DNA from: Candidatus Margulisiibacteriota bacterium
GTDB taxonomy: Bacteria > Margulisbacteria > WOR-1 > O2-12-FULL-45-9 > XYB2-FULL-48-7
Direction of reading: 5' to 3'
DNA length: 23,247 nucleotides
Assembly: GCA_041665245.1 (NCBI GenBank)
Contig: JBAYJF010000011.1
Coordinates: forward strand, 1-23,247
A program made the translations under genes and the position numbers. The notes under the pieces are model-generated. The model had not been told where the DNA came from. It made no database searches and saw nothing but the letters and a program-made list of their open reading frames with translations. Below are positions 10,201 through 18,155 of the stretch, one piece after another (the first letter of the stretch is position 1; each line of letters begins with the position of its first letter).

Positions 10201-10348
10201 TTTCGATGGCGGCGTATCGCCGATATCCTACAAATTAACCCTAGATACCGATGAAGAAGTAGAAATTAGTTCACCTATTATCCACGAACCGCATGCAAGC
10301 CAGATCCGAGAAAGAAAAGTTAAAAAGATCGTTGTTCTTCTTTCATAA
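7220..10348 (+). CDS. large GH94-clan glycoside phosphorylase-like protein (specificity unknown)
   Basis: 1042 aa. Four motifs occur in the same order as in the bona fide GH94 gene at 13577. YRDVNQN (8420-8440) matches FRDSNQD. DWYDALNG (9152-9175) matches DWNDCLNL. ENESIWLH (9782-9805) matches ENGAIFCH. RLSGGAA matches WLTGSAC. Confidence 0.6.
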   Translation: MDTPKYHINSDGSFVIENYNSAPTFSSFFPGIAGIFGSPMWVFYTNRGQCITSAGVEDKNGAIIEFNAANKAYRTVSLQGFRTFIKVDGKYYEPFSERNQNKREMFIYPDSLKIVERNSPLKIEIEITYFTVPNEAFPALARIVKITNLSAKARKIEVIDGLPIVIPFGFNNSLLKMISQTIEAWCVVENIEKNAPFYKLKVMPADASETKYIEQGNFFVSFANIKGKDVSSDIIINRTSIFGQNTSLELPISFIDSKNFLPPKNQQTEGITPAAFSYNKASLPGKGSFEICSILGRAENLQSLNKIKKRVTNRKYLGGKLAENRGLIDSICDSIHSQTAAHNFDLYSKTTFLDNVMRGGLPVKAGKNTLYVYYRKHGDMERDYNDFKLMPTYFSQGNGNYRDVNQNRRNDLFFFPEINDKNIIRFYNLIQLDGYNPLVVIGSKFYLKSKEDAKGLLDTHVKEIKDGWAKIMSNPFILGILLKEMEKRDVEWKTSREEFINDLLAKVEIEEGASHGEGFWTDHFAYNTDLLESFEGIYPEKVKELFFDKKIFTFFDNDHVVVDRKEKYRLVGGNVRQYESVKLDNEKNRLIVGRETHPNLARKEQGKGEIYRTTLIAKILCIVASKAASFDAEGIGLEMEAEKPDWYDALNGLPGLLGSSLSETLELKRLCAFTLKYLGHENEIQLPIELLDFIEGLKGSITSNDSFAYWKTAYDLKETYRNKTRLGIGGEEKPLSSSAATEFLNNVVTKCDLAAKKVLEKYNNYYTYFINEVEDFELSTSKEIIIKKFNQKPLPLFLEGFVHALKVEKDKNIPKMVKQSPLYDKKLKMYKVNSSLNNTSMEIGRARVFTPGWLENESIWLHMEYKYILELLKAGMHKEFFGDFKNVLVPYMDANQYKRSTLENSSFIVSSANPNKENHGRGFIARLSGGAAEFIDMWIIMMAGKKLFSLDEKGQLIFKLTPTLPAWLFKNGELSFKLLSTIDVTYKNPKKKNTFDGGVSPISYKLTLDTDEEVEISSPIIHEPHASQIRERKVKKIVVLLS

Positions 10349-10398
10349 TCCACCTCCCGTTCTATGAAATTTTGACCTATTTTTTACGATAATTGGAC

Positions 10399-11676
10399 AT
10401 GAGTACTGCATCAGTAACTTTAATTAAGCCACCTGTTAACACGCGAGTAACCCTAGGGAATCTCAGGCGAATAGCTCAAAAAATAGCTCTCGACCCTAAG
10501 GAATTATTACCAGTTGAACCTTTTACTAACCTTCATGGAACAAATATTAGAGTAACGGCAAGAACAGCAACTATGGAAAGCTATTTATCCATCTTTCGGG
10601 TCGATCCCGGGGTCAGTTATTTTGTCTCCCCGGTTGGCATCAGTATTGTTGCTTGCGAGCCGGAAAATAGTTCCGAAAGCGATCGTTACGTAGAAGAGCG
10701 CAAGCTCGTGGTTGAGTGGGCTGCCTTAGATCAGCCTGTCCAGAAAGGTCCCGATTATGAATGGAACCATTATACAACCTGCTATGCGCGTGCTGTCGTA
10801 AAGAACAAAATTCCCCTTGCCAGCTCGTTTATGATCAAGGTCCCTTATTTCGCAAGACCAGCGCCGGGACAGGGTGACAATGGCGGCGAGCCGCGAAACA
10901 TTGCCGGATATCTAAGATGTTTTCTATTTTCCTGGTCAGACATCGAAAGCAGAGAGCTCCCCTTCGACTCTTTATTTTTACCAAATTTAGATTGGAATAT
11001 TATCTCCCACCCGTCGCCCCATCTGCCAGTACTCCCAATACACCCGGAGCGTCCCATTATTCATGAAACAATGTCCGACCACAAAGAAGTTTATACTGCA
11101 TTAACCCATTTTCATCCCTCAAAGAATAATAAAGTATTGATCCTTAACTTGGACGCACATCACGATTTTGGGTATGGAAATGAGAACCTCTCTACTTTAA
11201 GTTGCGGTAATTGGGCCGGCTGGGCCGAAAGGGATGGGTTTGCGCGCGTAGTCCATCTTCCGTCATATTTTAGAAATGCAAACTATGCCCTTCCACCGGC
11301 GGAAAGACAGGAAAACAACTGGAATACCGAAAGCCGCCGCCGTTCAATCCTTGAAGAAGTCCAATTAATCCTTCAGGGCGAAGATATCTCCGAAATCTGG
11401 CTAACCATTGACGATGATTCTTTCTCGCTTCGGGCACCCGCTAATAAATACGAGGGCAACTATGCTAAAGAAGCCTGGACCGGTAGACCGTATCACATGC
11501 AGCCCGCCGAGATCGAAAAAGAGCTTCTCGCTCTGAAAGAATTTTTAACGGTAAACGGCATACAATTACACCGAATCTTGCCCTGCTCTTCGCCTGAATA
11601 TTTAGGAATACCTACAAAAGAATCCTCCGAATATATACGCACAATAGACAAATTAATCCAGCAGGTTTTTATCTAA
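10399..11676 (+). CDS. hypothetical protein with an arginase-fold-like (UPF0489-like) C-terminal half
   Basis: 425 aa from ATG 10399 (the ORF track starts at TTG 10393). SDHKEVY...VLILNLDAHHDFG (DAHHD = 11152-11166) and IWLTIDDDSF (11404-11424) resemble arginase-superfamily metal motifs. The N-terminal ~220 aa are unassigned. Confidence 0.5.
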   Translation: MSTASVTLIKPPVNTRVTLGNLRRIAQKIALDPKELLPVEPFTNLHGTNIRVTARTATMESYLSIFRVDPGVSYFVSPVGISIVACEPENSSESDRYVEERKLVVEWAALDQPVQKGPDYEWNHYTTCYARAVVKNKIPLASSFMIKVPYFARPAPGQGDNGGEPRNIAGYLRCFLFSWSDIESRELPFDSLFLPNLDWNIISHPSPHLPVLPIHPERPIIHETMSDHKEVYTALTHFHPSKNNKVLILNLDAHHDFGYGNENLSTLSCGNWAGWAERDGFARVVHLPSYFRNANYALPPAERQENNWNTESRRRSILEEVQLILQGEDISEIWLTIDDDSFSLRAPANKYEGNYAKEAWTGRPYHMQPAEIEKELLALKEFLTVNGIQLHRILPCSSPEYLGIPTKESSEYIRTIDKLIQQVFI

Positions 11677-11682
11677 TATATT

Positions 11683-11691
11683 TGCTATAAT
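11683..11691 (+). promoter_or_regulatory. extended -10 box TGCTATAAT, 9 nt upstream of ATG 11701
   Basis: Same 9-mer as at 620-628. No SD and a weak -35. Confidence 0.45.
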
Positions 11692-11700
11692 GCCTCTATT

Positions 11701-13497
11701 ATGTTCCCCTTTGGCGTAACGTTTTATCCGGACCAGTGGCCGCAAGATACTTGGGATAAGAATCTCAAGGAGATAAAAGCGGCCGGGTTCAACATTATCC
11801 GCTTCGGCGAGATGAGCTGGGACCTTTTTGAACCGACCCTTGGAAAATTTGATTTCTCGGTATTTGACGCCGCCATGGATGCCTGCCATAAACATGGCTT
11901 AAAAGTCCTCCTTGGCATCCCAACCTCTCAAGTTCCACCCTGGTTCCACAAGAAATTTGGCGGAAGCCGTCCGGTAGCCCAAGACGGGACGCTCTATCCG
12001 GAATACGGCCCCCGGCCAAACGTCTGCAAAGATAACCGCAATTACAGGATCCTTGCTGAGAATCTGGCAAAAAACATCGCCTCTCGCTACCGCAAACATC
12101 CGGCTCTTTATATGTGGCAGGTTGATAACGAACCGGTCTATCCGCCGCTTGACCATACCACCAGTAACGACTTTTGCCATTGCGAAGACAGCCGCCTGGC
12201 GTTTATCGTCTGGGTTAAGAAAAAATACGGCTGTATTGAAAAGGTAAACGAAGCCTGGGGGTCAAAATTCTGGACCAATACCCTTTCCTCTTTTGAAGAT
12301 ATTAGGACGCCCAAAGGCGGCGTTTGGGAAGCCGTTTCGCCGCATGTCTTTCTGGATTGGTTCAGATTTAAATCCGACCGGATCACCGAATGGGTAAGCC
12401 ATCTGGCAAAGATCGTAAAAGAGATCGATCCCGAACATAAAGTCGGGACCAATGGATTTATTGGGATCTGCACGCGAACCCCGGAACACGATCTTGTCCC
12501 GGCCAATTTAGACTGGTACGGCCTGGACGTCTATCCCAAAGGGAACAGCATGACCCCCCTCGATTATTCTTTCGCGCTCGATCTATGGAGAAGCTTCACC
12601 CGCGGGACTTCTGCAGAATTCCATATTACAGAACTCCAGGGCGGGCAAAACGTCCGCTGGGGATCGCCAAATTATGTAGAGGGACCGGAGATAGAAGGTT
12701 GGACCAAAACCGCCCTTAAACACGGCGCTAAAGCCATTTTGTATCATGCATGGAGACCGCCCTTGTTTGGGGCGGAAACGGGAGGGTTTGGGATACTAAA
12801 AACTGATGGATCATCGACCAAGCGGCTGGAAGTAGTTACTAAGCTTGCAAAAGAAATACTAAATCCGAAATACGAAACTCTAAACAAATCTAAAAATCTA
12901 AATTCTAAAGTCGCGATTGCGTATCTGAGAAGCTCCGAAGTCCAAACCTACCAAGAACAGGGGCCGCCTAGAGCGATCGTTGGCCAATGGGAGCCCGTCC
13001 GCTCCGATATCGGCGTTATGCACTCGCTTATGTCGATGCAGGGGGCTTATAATGCGGTTTTCAAAGGAACTCCGATCGATTTTATCTTTGAAAGAGATCT
13101 TGATTCGGTAAATCTTCAATACAAAACGATCCTGCTTCCAAACCCATACCTCTTATCCGAGAAACAGTATGCCAACTTAAAAAAATGGATCGCAGCCGGT
13201 GGGACTTTAATTACAGAGGCCCGTTTCGGCTTAAAAAATGAAAACGGACATCTTTACCCTAACCCCCTTCTCGAGGATCTCATGGGAGTAACGCATGAAT
13301 ATACTATCCCAACGCCAAAAGGCTTTTTTGACGGGATTAAAGAGAAAAACCTGCCTACCGGCAGGCAGGCAAAAAAACCACAAATTATCACTAAAAAGAT
13401 CGGCAAGGGGAAAGCGATCTACGCTAACTTTAGTTTATTTTTAGAGATCAAAAACGGCAACAAAAAGCTATTGCAATTCATCAAAAAAACCGTTTAA
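11701..13497 (+). CDS. GH42-type beta-galactosidase-like glycoside hydrolase
   Basis: 598 aa. N-terminal FYPDQWP....W..D...IK.AGFN.IR.GE.SW...EP..G.FDF. Acid/base WQVDNEP (Glu codon 12130-12132). Nucleophile ITELQGG (Glu codon 12631-12633). Cys cluster C109/C159/C161. Confidence 0.82.
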   Translation: MFPFGVTFYPDQWPQDTWDKNLKEIKAAGFNIIRFGEMSWDLFEPTLGKFDFSVFDAAMDACHKHGLKVLLGIPTSQVPPWFHKKFGGSRPVAQDGTLYPEYGPRPNVCKDNRNYRILAENLAKNIASRYRKHPALYMWQVDNEPVYPPLDHTTSNDFCHCEDSRLAFIVWVKKKYGCIEKVNEAWGSKFWTNTLSSFEDIRTPKGGVWEAVSPHVFLDWFRFKSDRITEWVSHLAKIVKEIDPEHKVGTNGFIGICTRTPEHDLVPANLDWYGLDVYPKGNSMTPLDYSFALDLWRSFTRGTSAEFHITELQGGQNVRWGSPNYVEGPEIEGWTKTALKHGAKAILYHAWRPPLFGAETGGFGILKTDGSSTKRLEVVTKLAKEILNPKYETLNKSKNLNSKVAIAYLRSSEVQTYQEQGPPRAIVGQWEPVRSDIGVMHSLMSMQGAYNAVFKGTPIDFIFERDLDSVNLQYKTILLPNPYLLSEKQYANLKKWIAAGGTLITEARFGLKNENGHLYPNPLLEDLMGVTHEYTIPTPKGFFDGIKEKNLPTGRQAKKPQIITKKIGKGKAIYANFSLFLEIKNGNKKLLQFIKKTV

Positions 13498-13526
13498 TTC
13501 GCTAATTTTGCCTTCTTTCTTTTTTA

Positions 13527-13535
13527 TGCTAAAAT
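13527..13535 (+). promoter_or_regulatory. extended -10 box TGCTAAAAT upstream of the GH94 gene
   Basis: Unlike the others, it is followed by a ~40-nt leader carrying an SD-like GAAAGGA before ATG 13577. Confidence 0.4.
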
Positions 13536-13576
13536 TATAAATAATAGCTTTTACTACTGAAAGGATAAAAAATACA

Positions 13577-15919
13577 ATGTCTAAATACGGTTATTTCGAT
13601 AAAGATAATAAGGAATATGTGATCACTCGGCCCGATACTCCCCTTCCATGGATCAACTACCTCGGCGCAGAAGAATATTGCGCGCTAATGTCCAATACAG
13701 CCGGCGGCTATAGCTTCTATCGCGATCCTAAAGAACGGAGAATCACTCGCTATCGCTATAACAATGTCCCGATGGACCGCGGCGGCCGCTATATTTATGC
13801 CCGCGACAACGACAGCAAAGATTATTGGTCCGTCTCCTGGCAGCCGGTTATGAAACTCGACAAATATGAATGCCGCCATGGGATAGGCTATACAACCATC
13901 GCTGCAGAATACGCCGGCGTAAAAACCAAGACCACCTATTTTGTCCCGCTAGGCGAAAATCTGGAGATCTGGATGCTTGAAGTCAGCGCCGAAGAAGATA
14001 AAGATCTCTCCCTTTATCCTTTTGTTGAATTCTGTCTCTGGGACGCATTAAATGATATGACCGATTATCAATACAACCTGAATATCGGGCAAACCGAATA
14101 TAAAGACGATATTATTTATCATATTTCCCGCTATCGCGTAACTCAAGATGTGGTCGGCTTCTTGGCCTGCACCAATGCAACGCCCGAAGGCTATGACACC
14201 CAGCGCCGCGATTTCATGGGGACCTACGGCGATTTCTCAAATCCGCGCGCAGTTATCGAAGGAAAGATGAATAATTCGATCGCCTGCGGCTGGTCACCGG
14301 TCGGCGCCCTAAAAGTCCCCTGTAAACTTAAAGCCGGCGAGACCAAGACTTTCATTTTTGTCCTCGGATTTTCCGAAGATATTAAAGAACCGGCAAAAAA
14401 GGTAAAAAAATATTCCGACAAAGCCCTAATTGAAAAAGAATTGAAAAAACTCGCCGCCTATTGGGAAGAAAACCTAAATAAATTTTCAGTTCAGACACCC
14501 GACGCCGAACTAAACCTTATGGCGAATACTTGGAACCAGTATCAGTGCCGAACGACCTTCAACTGGTCTCGTTCCGCTTCCTATTATGAATCGGGAATTG
14601 GCCGGGGAATGGGCTTCCGCGATTCAAATCAGGACACGCTCGGCTTTGTTCATATGATCCCGGAGAAAGTTAAGGGAAGGATCATGGACCTGGCCGCTAC
14701 CCAGCTCCCAGACGGCAGCGCTTATCATCAGTATTCGCCGTTAAGCAAAAAAGCTAATCCTTCCGACCACAAGTACGGAGACGACCATCTCTGGCTTATC
14801 TATTCTATTGCCAGCTACGTTAAAGAAACAGGGGATATCGCATTCCTTAAAGAAAAAGTAACGTTCGCGGGCAAAGGAACTGGAACAATGTACGAGCATA
14901 TGGCTCGGGCAATTAATTTTGCAGTAAAAAATATCGGCGGACGCGGGCTCCCCAAGATCCTTTTTGCCGATTGGAACGATTGTCTGAACCTTGATCAGGG
15001 TAAAGGGAAGGCCGAATCGGTCATGGTCGCCCAAATGCTGGTCGGCGCCGCCTATGAAATGGCCAAGATCGCGAAGCTCCTTGGTAAAAAAGCGGATATT
15101 ACCAAATATAATAAAATTGGTGATAAAGTTAAGGTCGAAGTTAACAAAAAAGGCTGGGATGGCGAGTGGTACATCCGGGCTTTTACCGACGACATGGAAC
15201 CGGTCGGTTCAAAAAAATGTAAAGAGGGTAAGATCTATCTTGAAACCCAGGCTTGGGCAGTCCTTTCCGGAACGGCCGATGAAAAGCGCGGGAAACAGTG
15301 CATGAATTCGGTCCACAAACATCTTGCCACCGAACACGGTATTCAAGTTATGACCCCACCCTACTCCAAATTCTATTATCAATACGGATCGATCGGCGTT
15401 TATCCTCCGGGATTAAAAGAGAACGGAGCGATCTTCTGCCATCCTAATCCGTGGGCCATGGTCGCGGAATGTATGCTCGGTAACGGCGACAGGGCTTACG
15501 AATATTATCGTTCAATTTTGCCGGCGGCAAGAAATGATATTGCGGATCTGCACAAAACCGAACCGTATGTTTATTGCCAGATGATCGCCGGTAAATTTCA
15601 CAAAGATTTTGGCGAAGGAAAGAATTCCTGGTTAACAGGATCAGCCTGCTGGAACTTCGTTGCGGTTTCCCAACATATTTTGGGGATCAAACCTGAATAT
15701 TCGGGATTAAAGATCGATCCTTGCATCCCTAAAGCCTGGAAAGGTTTTTCGGCTAAGAGAACTTTCCGCGGAGCGGATTATTTGATCACCGTAAGAAACC
15801 CGAATGGCGTCAGCAAAGGGATAAAATCTGTAACGATTGACGGAAAACCGGCAAATTCGAACATAATCCCTACTGTAAAAGGGAAAAAAGAATATAATAT
15901 TGAAGTGGTGATGGGCTAA
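13577..15919 (+). CDS. GH94 disaccharide phosphorylase (cellobiose/chitobiose/cellobionate-phosphorylase type)
   Basis: 780 aa. GYF.....EY.I..PDTP.PW.NYLG N-terminus, FRDSNQD (14615-14635), ADWNDCLN (catalytic Asp motif, 14969-14980), ENGAIFCHPNPW (His codon 15440-15442) and WLTGSA. Confidence 0.88.
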   Translation: MSKYGYFDKDNKEYVITRPDTPLPWINYLGAEEYCALMSNTAGGYSFYRDPKERRITRYRYNNVPMDRGGRYIYARDNDSKDYWSVSWQPVMKLDKYECRHGIGYTTIAAEYAGVKTKTTYFVPLGENLEIWMLEVSAEEDKDLSLYPFVEFCLWDALNDMTDYQYNLNIGQTEYKDDIIYHISRYRVTQDVVGFLACTNATPEGYDTQRRDFMGTYGDFSNPRAVIEGKMNNSIACGWSPVGALKVPCKLKAGETKTFIFVLGFSEDIKEPAKKVKKYSDKALIEKELKKLAAYWEENLNKFSVQTPDAELNLMANTWNQYQCRTTFNWSRSASYYESGIGRGMGFRDSNQDTLGFVHMIPEKVKGRIMDLAATQLPDGSAYHQYSPLSKKANPSDHKYGDDHLWLIYSIASYVKETGDIAFLKEKVTFAGKGTGTMYEHMARAINFAVKNIGGRGLPKILFADWNDCLNLDQGKGKAESVMVAQMLVGAAYEMAKIAKLLGKKADITKYNKIGDKVKVEVNKKGWDGEWYIRAFTDDMEPVGSKKCKEGKIYLETQAWAVLSGTADEKRGKQCMNSVHKHLATEHGIQVMTPPYSKFYYQYGSIGVYPPGLKENGAIFCHPNPWAMVAECMLGNGDRAYEYYRSILPAARNDIADLHKTEPYVYCQMIAGKFHKDFGEGKNSWLTGSACWNFVAVSQHILGIKPEYSGLKIDPCIPKAWKGFSAKRTFRGADYLITVRNPNGVSKGIKSVTIDGKPANSNIIPTVKGKKEYNIEVVMG

Positions 15920-15923
15920 TAGA

Positions 15924-16367
15924 ATGAAATTAATAAAAATATCCCTTATCGTAGTAATTATTATTTCTGCGATCCTCATAGGATATTATTTTGTTAATAA
16001 AAACCAAGCAACCCCCGGCACTATGATCGAGGAGAAGATCACCGTCATCAATAACACGCCGGATGAAATAAAATTTGTCAGCTGCCGGGCGACCGCAAAA
16101 GGGACAATTGAAACAACGACCATTTTTGGCCCGATCCTATCTAACAAAAACAGCACCGGCTTTCTAAAAGTATCGTATCCGAACGGGATCTTCACGGTCG
16201 AAGCAACGCAGTTCATTAAGGGGAAAGAAGTTACCGCAAGCCCGTTCACCGCACATATGAAGAAAGAAGCACCGCTAACGCCCGTTACACTGACCCTAGG
16301 GACAATTCCTTGGGGAAAAGACCAAGTTAAAGCAGTTTGGCAAAAAGTCGAATGGGACTTGCCTTAG
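15924..16367 (+). CDS. small membrane-anchored hypothetical protein
   Basis: 147 aa. Starts 4 nt after the GH94 stop. N-terminal TM anchor KISLIVVIIISAILIGYYF followed by a beta-rich domain. No family recognised. Confidence 0.55.
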   Translation: MKLIKISLIVVIIISAILIGYYFVNKNQATPGTMIEEKITVINNTPDEIKFVSCRATAKGTIETTTIFGPILSNKNSTGFLKVSYPNGIFTVEATQFIKGKEVTASPFTAHMKKEAPLTPVTLTLGTIPWGKDQVKAVWQKVEWDLP

Positions 16368-17101
16368 GCCACGCTTCCGGCACCAATGATCCTTCTCGCA
16401 ACAACTAATTCCGCATAAGGACTATCTTTCCCTTCCGCTATTGGCTTCAAGTCCGTCCCACTAATTACTAGTTTTCTATTATTATCAAGAGTAAGGACAT
16501 GAACTCCAGGGTTTATGGAAGGTTCAACAACATAAACGCCCATTCCTTCCCAATCATATCTTATCCTCATGCCAGGATTAACTTTCCGCATAATTGCGCC
16601 TTCCGGCAGCATTACGCCAGTTTTTAAAAGTTTATTGATTGCCGTAATAAGAAAATAAAGACTATCCGCCCTTACGCGCATACCAGCGCTTGTGAACCTG
16701 GCTTCAATCCCTTGAGGAAAAATCCCGATATCGTGCCCATAGTTTATTGCATCGACTATTTCAATCAACAGTTTGCCTTTAACTTTACCGACCTCATATT
16801 TGTCATTGCCTTCCCTGACAGAAACCCGATCAATAACAAGGTCGCGAAATTCGATCTCTTGTATGCAATCTCGAATTGCATCTGTAAAGAACGTTAAAAC
16901 TCGTTGGACTCCCCCAACTTGATCGTCCAGAACTTCGATCGCAATTTCCGGGGAAACAGTTCTTTCTCTAATGGCTCTTTTTACTGCCTCAAAATCTTCC
17001 AAACGACAGCGCCGGCCAGCCGGAGTGATAATTTCTTTGCTTAATACTCTCCCTCTATATTCTGGTTTTCGCGCCATTTGTTGTATGTGTGATAATTGCA
17101 T
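16364..17101 (-). CDS. hypothetical protein (no family recognised)
   Basis: 245-aa ORF with no TM segment and no motif I can name. Its stop overlaps the stop of the convergent + strand gene (TTAG at 16364-16367). Confidence 0.6.
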   Translation of the reverse strand: MQLSHIQQMARKPEYRGRVLSKEIITPAGRRCRLEDFEAVKRAIRERTVSPEIAIEVLDDQVGGVQRVLTFFTDAIRDCIQEIEFRDLVIDRVSVREGNDKYEVGKVKGKLLIEIVDAINYGHDIGIFPQGIEARFTSAGMRVRADSLYFLITAINKLLKTGVMLPEGAIMRKVNPGMRIRYDWEGMGVYVVEPSINPGVHVLTLDNNRKLVISGTDLKPIAEGKDSPYAELVVARRIIGAGSVA

Positions 17102-17165
17102 ATTTGATTGATTTCCATATGAATATCAGCATTTATTAAAAATAATTTCAGCCTATTTTAACTGT

Positions 17166-17203
17166 GAAAACAAACAAAAAGGGTTAGGAATCATTCCTAA
17201 CCC
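17166..17203 (-). terminator. rho-independent terminator for the 17234-18082 gene
   Basis: Perfect 10-bp stem gggttaggaa (17181-17190) / ttcctaaccc (17194-17203) with a 3-nt loop. On the minus strand it is followed by TTTTTGTTTGTTTTC. It lies 31 nt downstream of the stop at 17234. Confidence 0.8.
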
Positions 17204-17233
17204 TTTTATAAATATCCGCAAACAGAAACTAAA

Positions 17234-18082
17234 TTATTTCGTCCCAAACCTCGTCGTATAAACCGCCCCTAATCCGCAAAGGCAGGCAATTAGTTTAACC
17301 AAGAACCCTACAAAGGGGATAAATCCAACCAGGCTTAAAAGCAATACGCCAAGCAAAGTTTCGGTCATCAACGAAAGACCTTTAATTCTGAAGGCATAAA
17401 ATGTTTTTTTGCCAAGGAGATGCGCCGCCGCCGTATAGCCAAAAATACCGGCCGACATCGCCAAAATGATCCAGACCGGCACCAAAAGCATGCCGACCAG
17501 AGAGATAAACAACACGATAATTATTGGAATAAATAAGACCAACAACAGCGTTCCGATCAAAAAGCTGACCAACACATCTTTTTCGATCCGCCCCGAAACT
17601 TTTCCGATCTGTTTTGTAAATATGGCTACGAGAATAATTGTTAAGATAATAAAACCGATAAAATTAAGCACTTCAAAAATTGCGATCCCTGTTAAGAACC
17701 CTTCTTTGGTGAAAAATGAAACCACTGGAGATACCGCCGGGATCGAAACCTCAACTATATCTCCTTTCAATATTGCCCCTGGTTCCTTCATTATCCTCCC
17801 GCCAACCGAAACAACGCTCCCTCCGACCATGGCAGAATCTTTTAAGAAAACCGACCCGCCAACGCAAACCACATCCTCATCTACCCGCCCATAGATGGTA
17901 ATAGATCCACCAACGTCTACGGCAGTTTTAACGACGGACCCTTCGGGGATAGTAATACTTTCGCCGATCTTAATAAGGGATTGTTTTTCTTTTTCCAGTT
18001 CTTTAACAATGGCAAAACATGAAACTCCGGCGGAAATAACAAGCATTGCAACAAGCGAAGAGAATAATATTTTTTTGAGCAT
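17234..18082 (-). CDS. exported beta-helix-repeat (bactofilin-like) domain fused to a multi-TM membrane domain
   Basis: 282 aa. Signal/anchor MLKKILFSSLVAMLVISAGVSCFA. Repeats VGGSITIYGRVDEDVVCVGGSVFLKDSAMVGGSVVSVGGRI. At least 4 hydrophobic helices in the C-terminal half. GGAGG SD 7 nt upstream of the ATG. Confidence 0.75.
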   Translation of the reverse strand: MLKKILFSSLVAMLVISAGVSCFAIVKELEKEKQSLIKIGESITIPEGSVVKTAVDVGGSITIYGRVDEDVVCVGGSVFLKDSAMVGGSVVSVGGRIMKEPGAILKGDIVEVSIPAVSPVVSFFTKEGFLTGIAIFEVLNFIGFIILTIILVAIFTKQIGKVSGRIEKDVLVSFLIGTLLLVLFIPIIIVLFISLVGMLLVPVWIILAMSAGIFGYTAAAHLLGKKTFYAFRIKGLSLMTETLLGVLLLSLVGFIPFVGFLVKLIACLCGLGAVYTTRFGTK

Positions 18083-18113
18083 CGTAGTACCTCCAGTAAG
18101 ATTTTCTAGGTGA

Positions 18114-18142
18114 ATTATACGGAGCTGGCAAGGCTATGTCAA
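18114..18142 (-). promoter_or_regulatory. consensus sigma70 promoter TTGACA-N17-TATAAT (minus strand)
   Basis: -35 = reverse complement of 18137-18142 and -10 = reverse complement of 18114-18119, with exactly 17 nt between them. Located between the tRNA-Gln 3' end and the 17234-18082 gene. Confidence 0.65.
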
Positions 18143-18155
18143 TCGAAAAAATAGT

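Noticed and set aside
13498-13526. T-rich run after the GH42 gene as a possible terminator
   Set aside because: I could fold no convincing GC-rich stem upstream of the T-run, so it more likely belongs to the AT-rich promoter region of the GH94 gene.
17466-17894. 142-aa plus-strand ORF, and similar antisense ORFs at 20676-21131 (-) and 21916-22350 (+)
   Set aside because: They lie fully inside and antisense to better-supported genes (the membrane protein, the RSH-like gene and the LbH gene). Their translations are low-complexity, rich in Pro/Ser/Thr or Arg.
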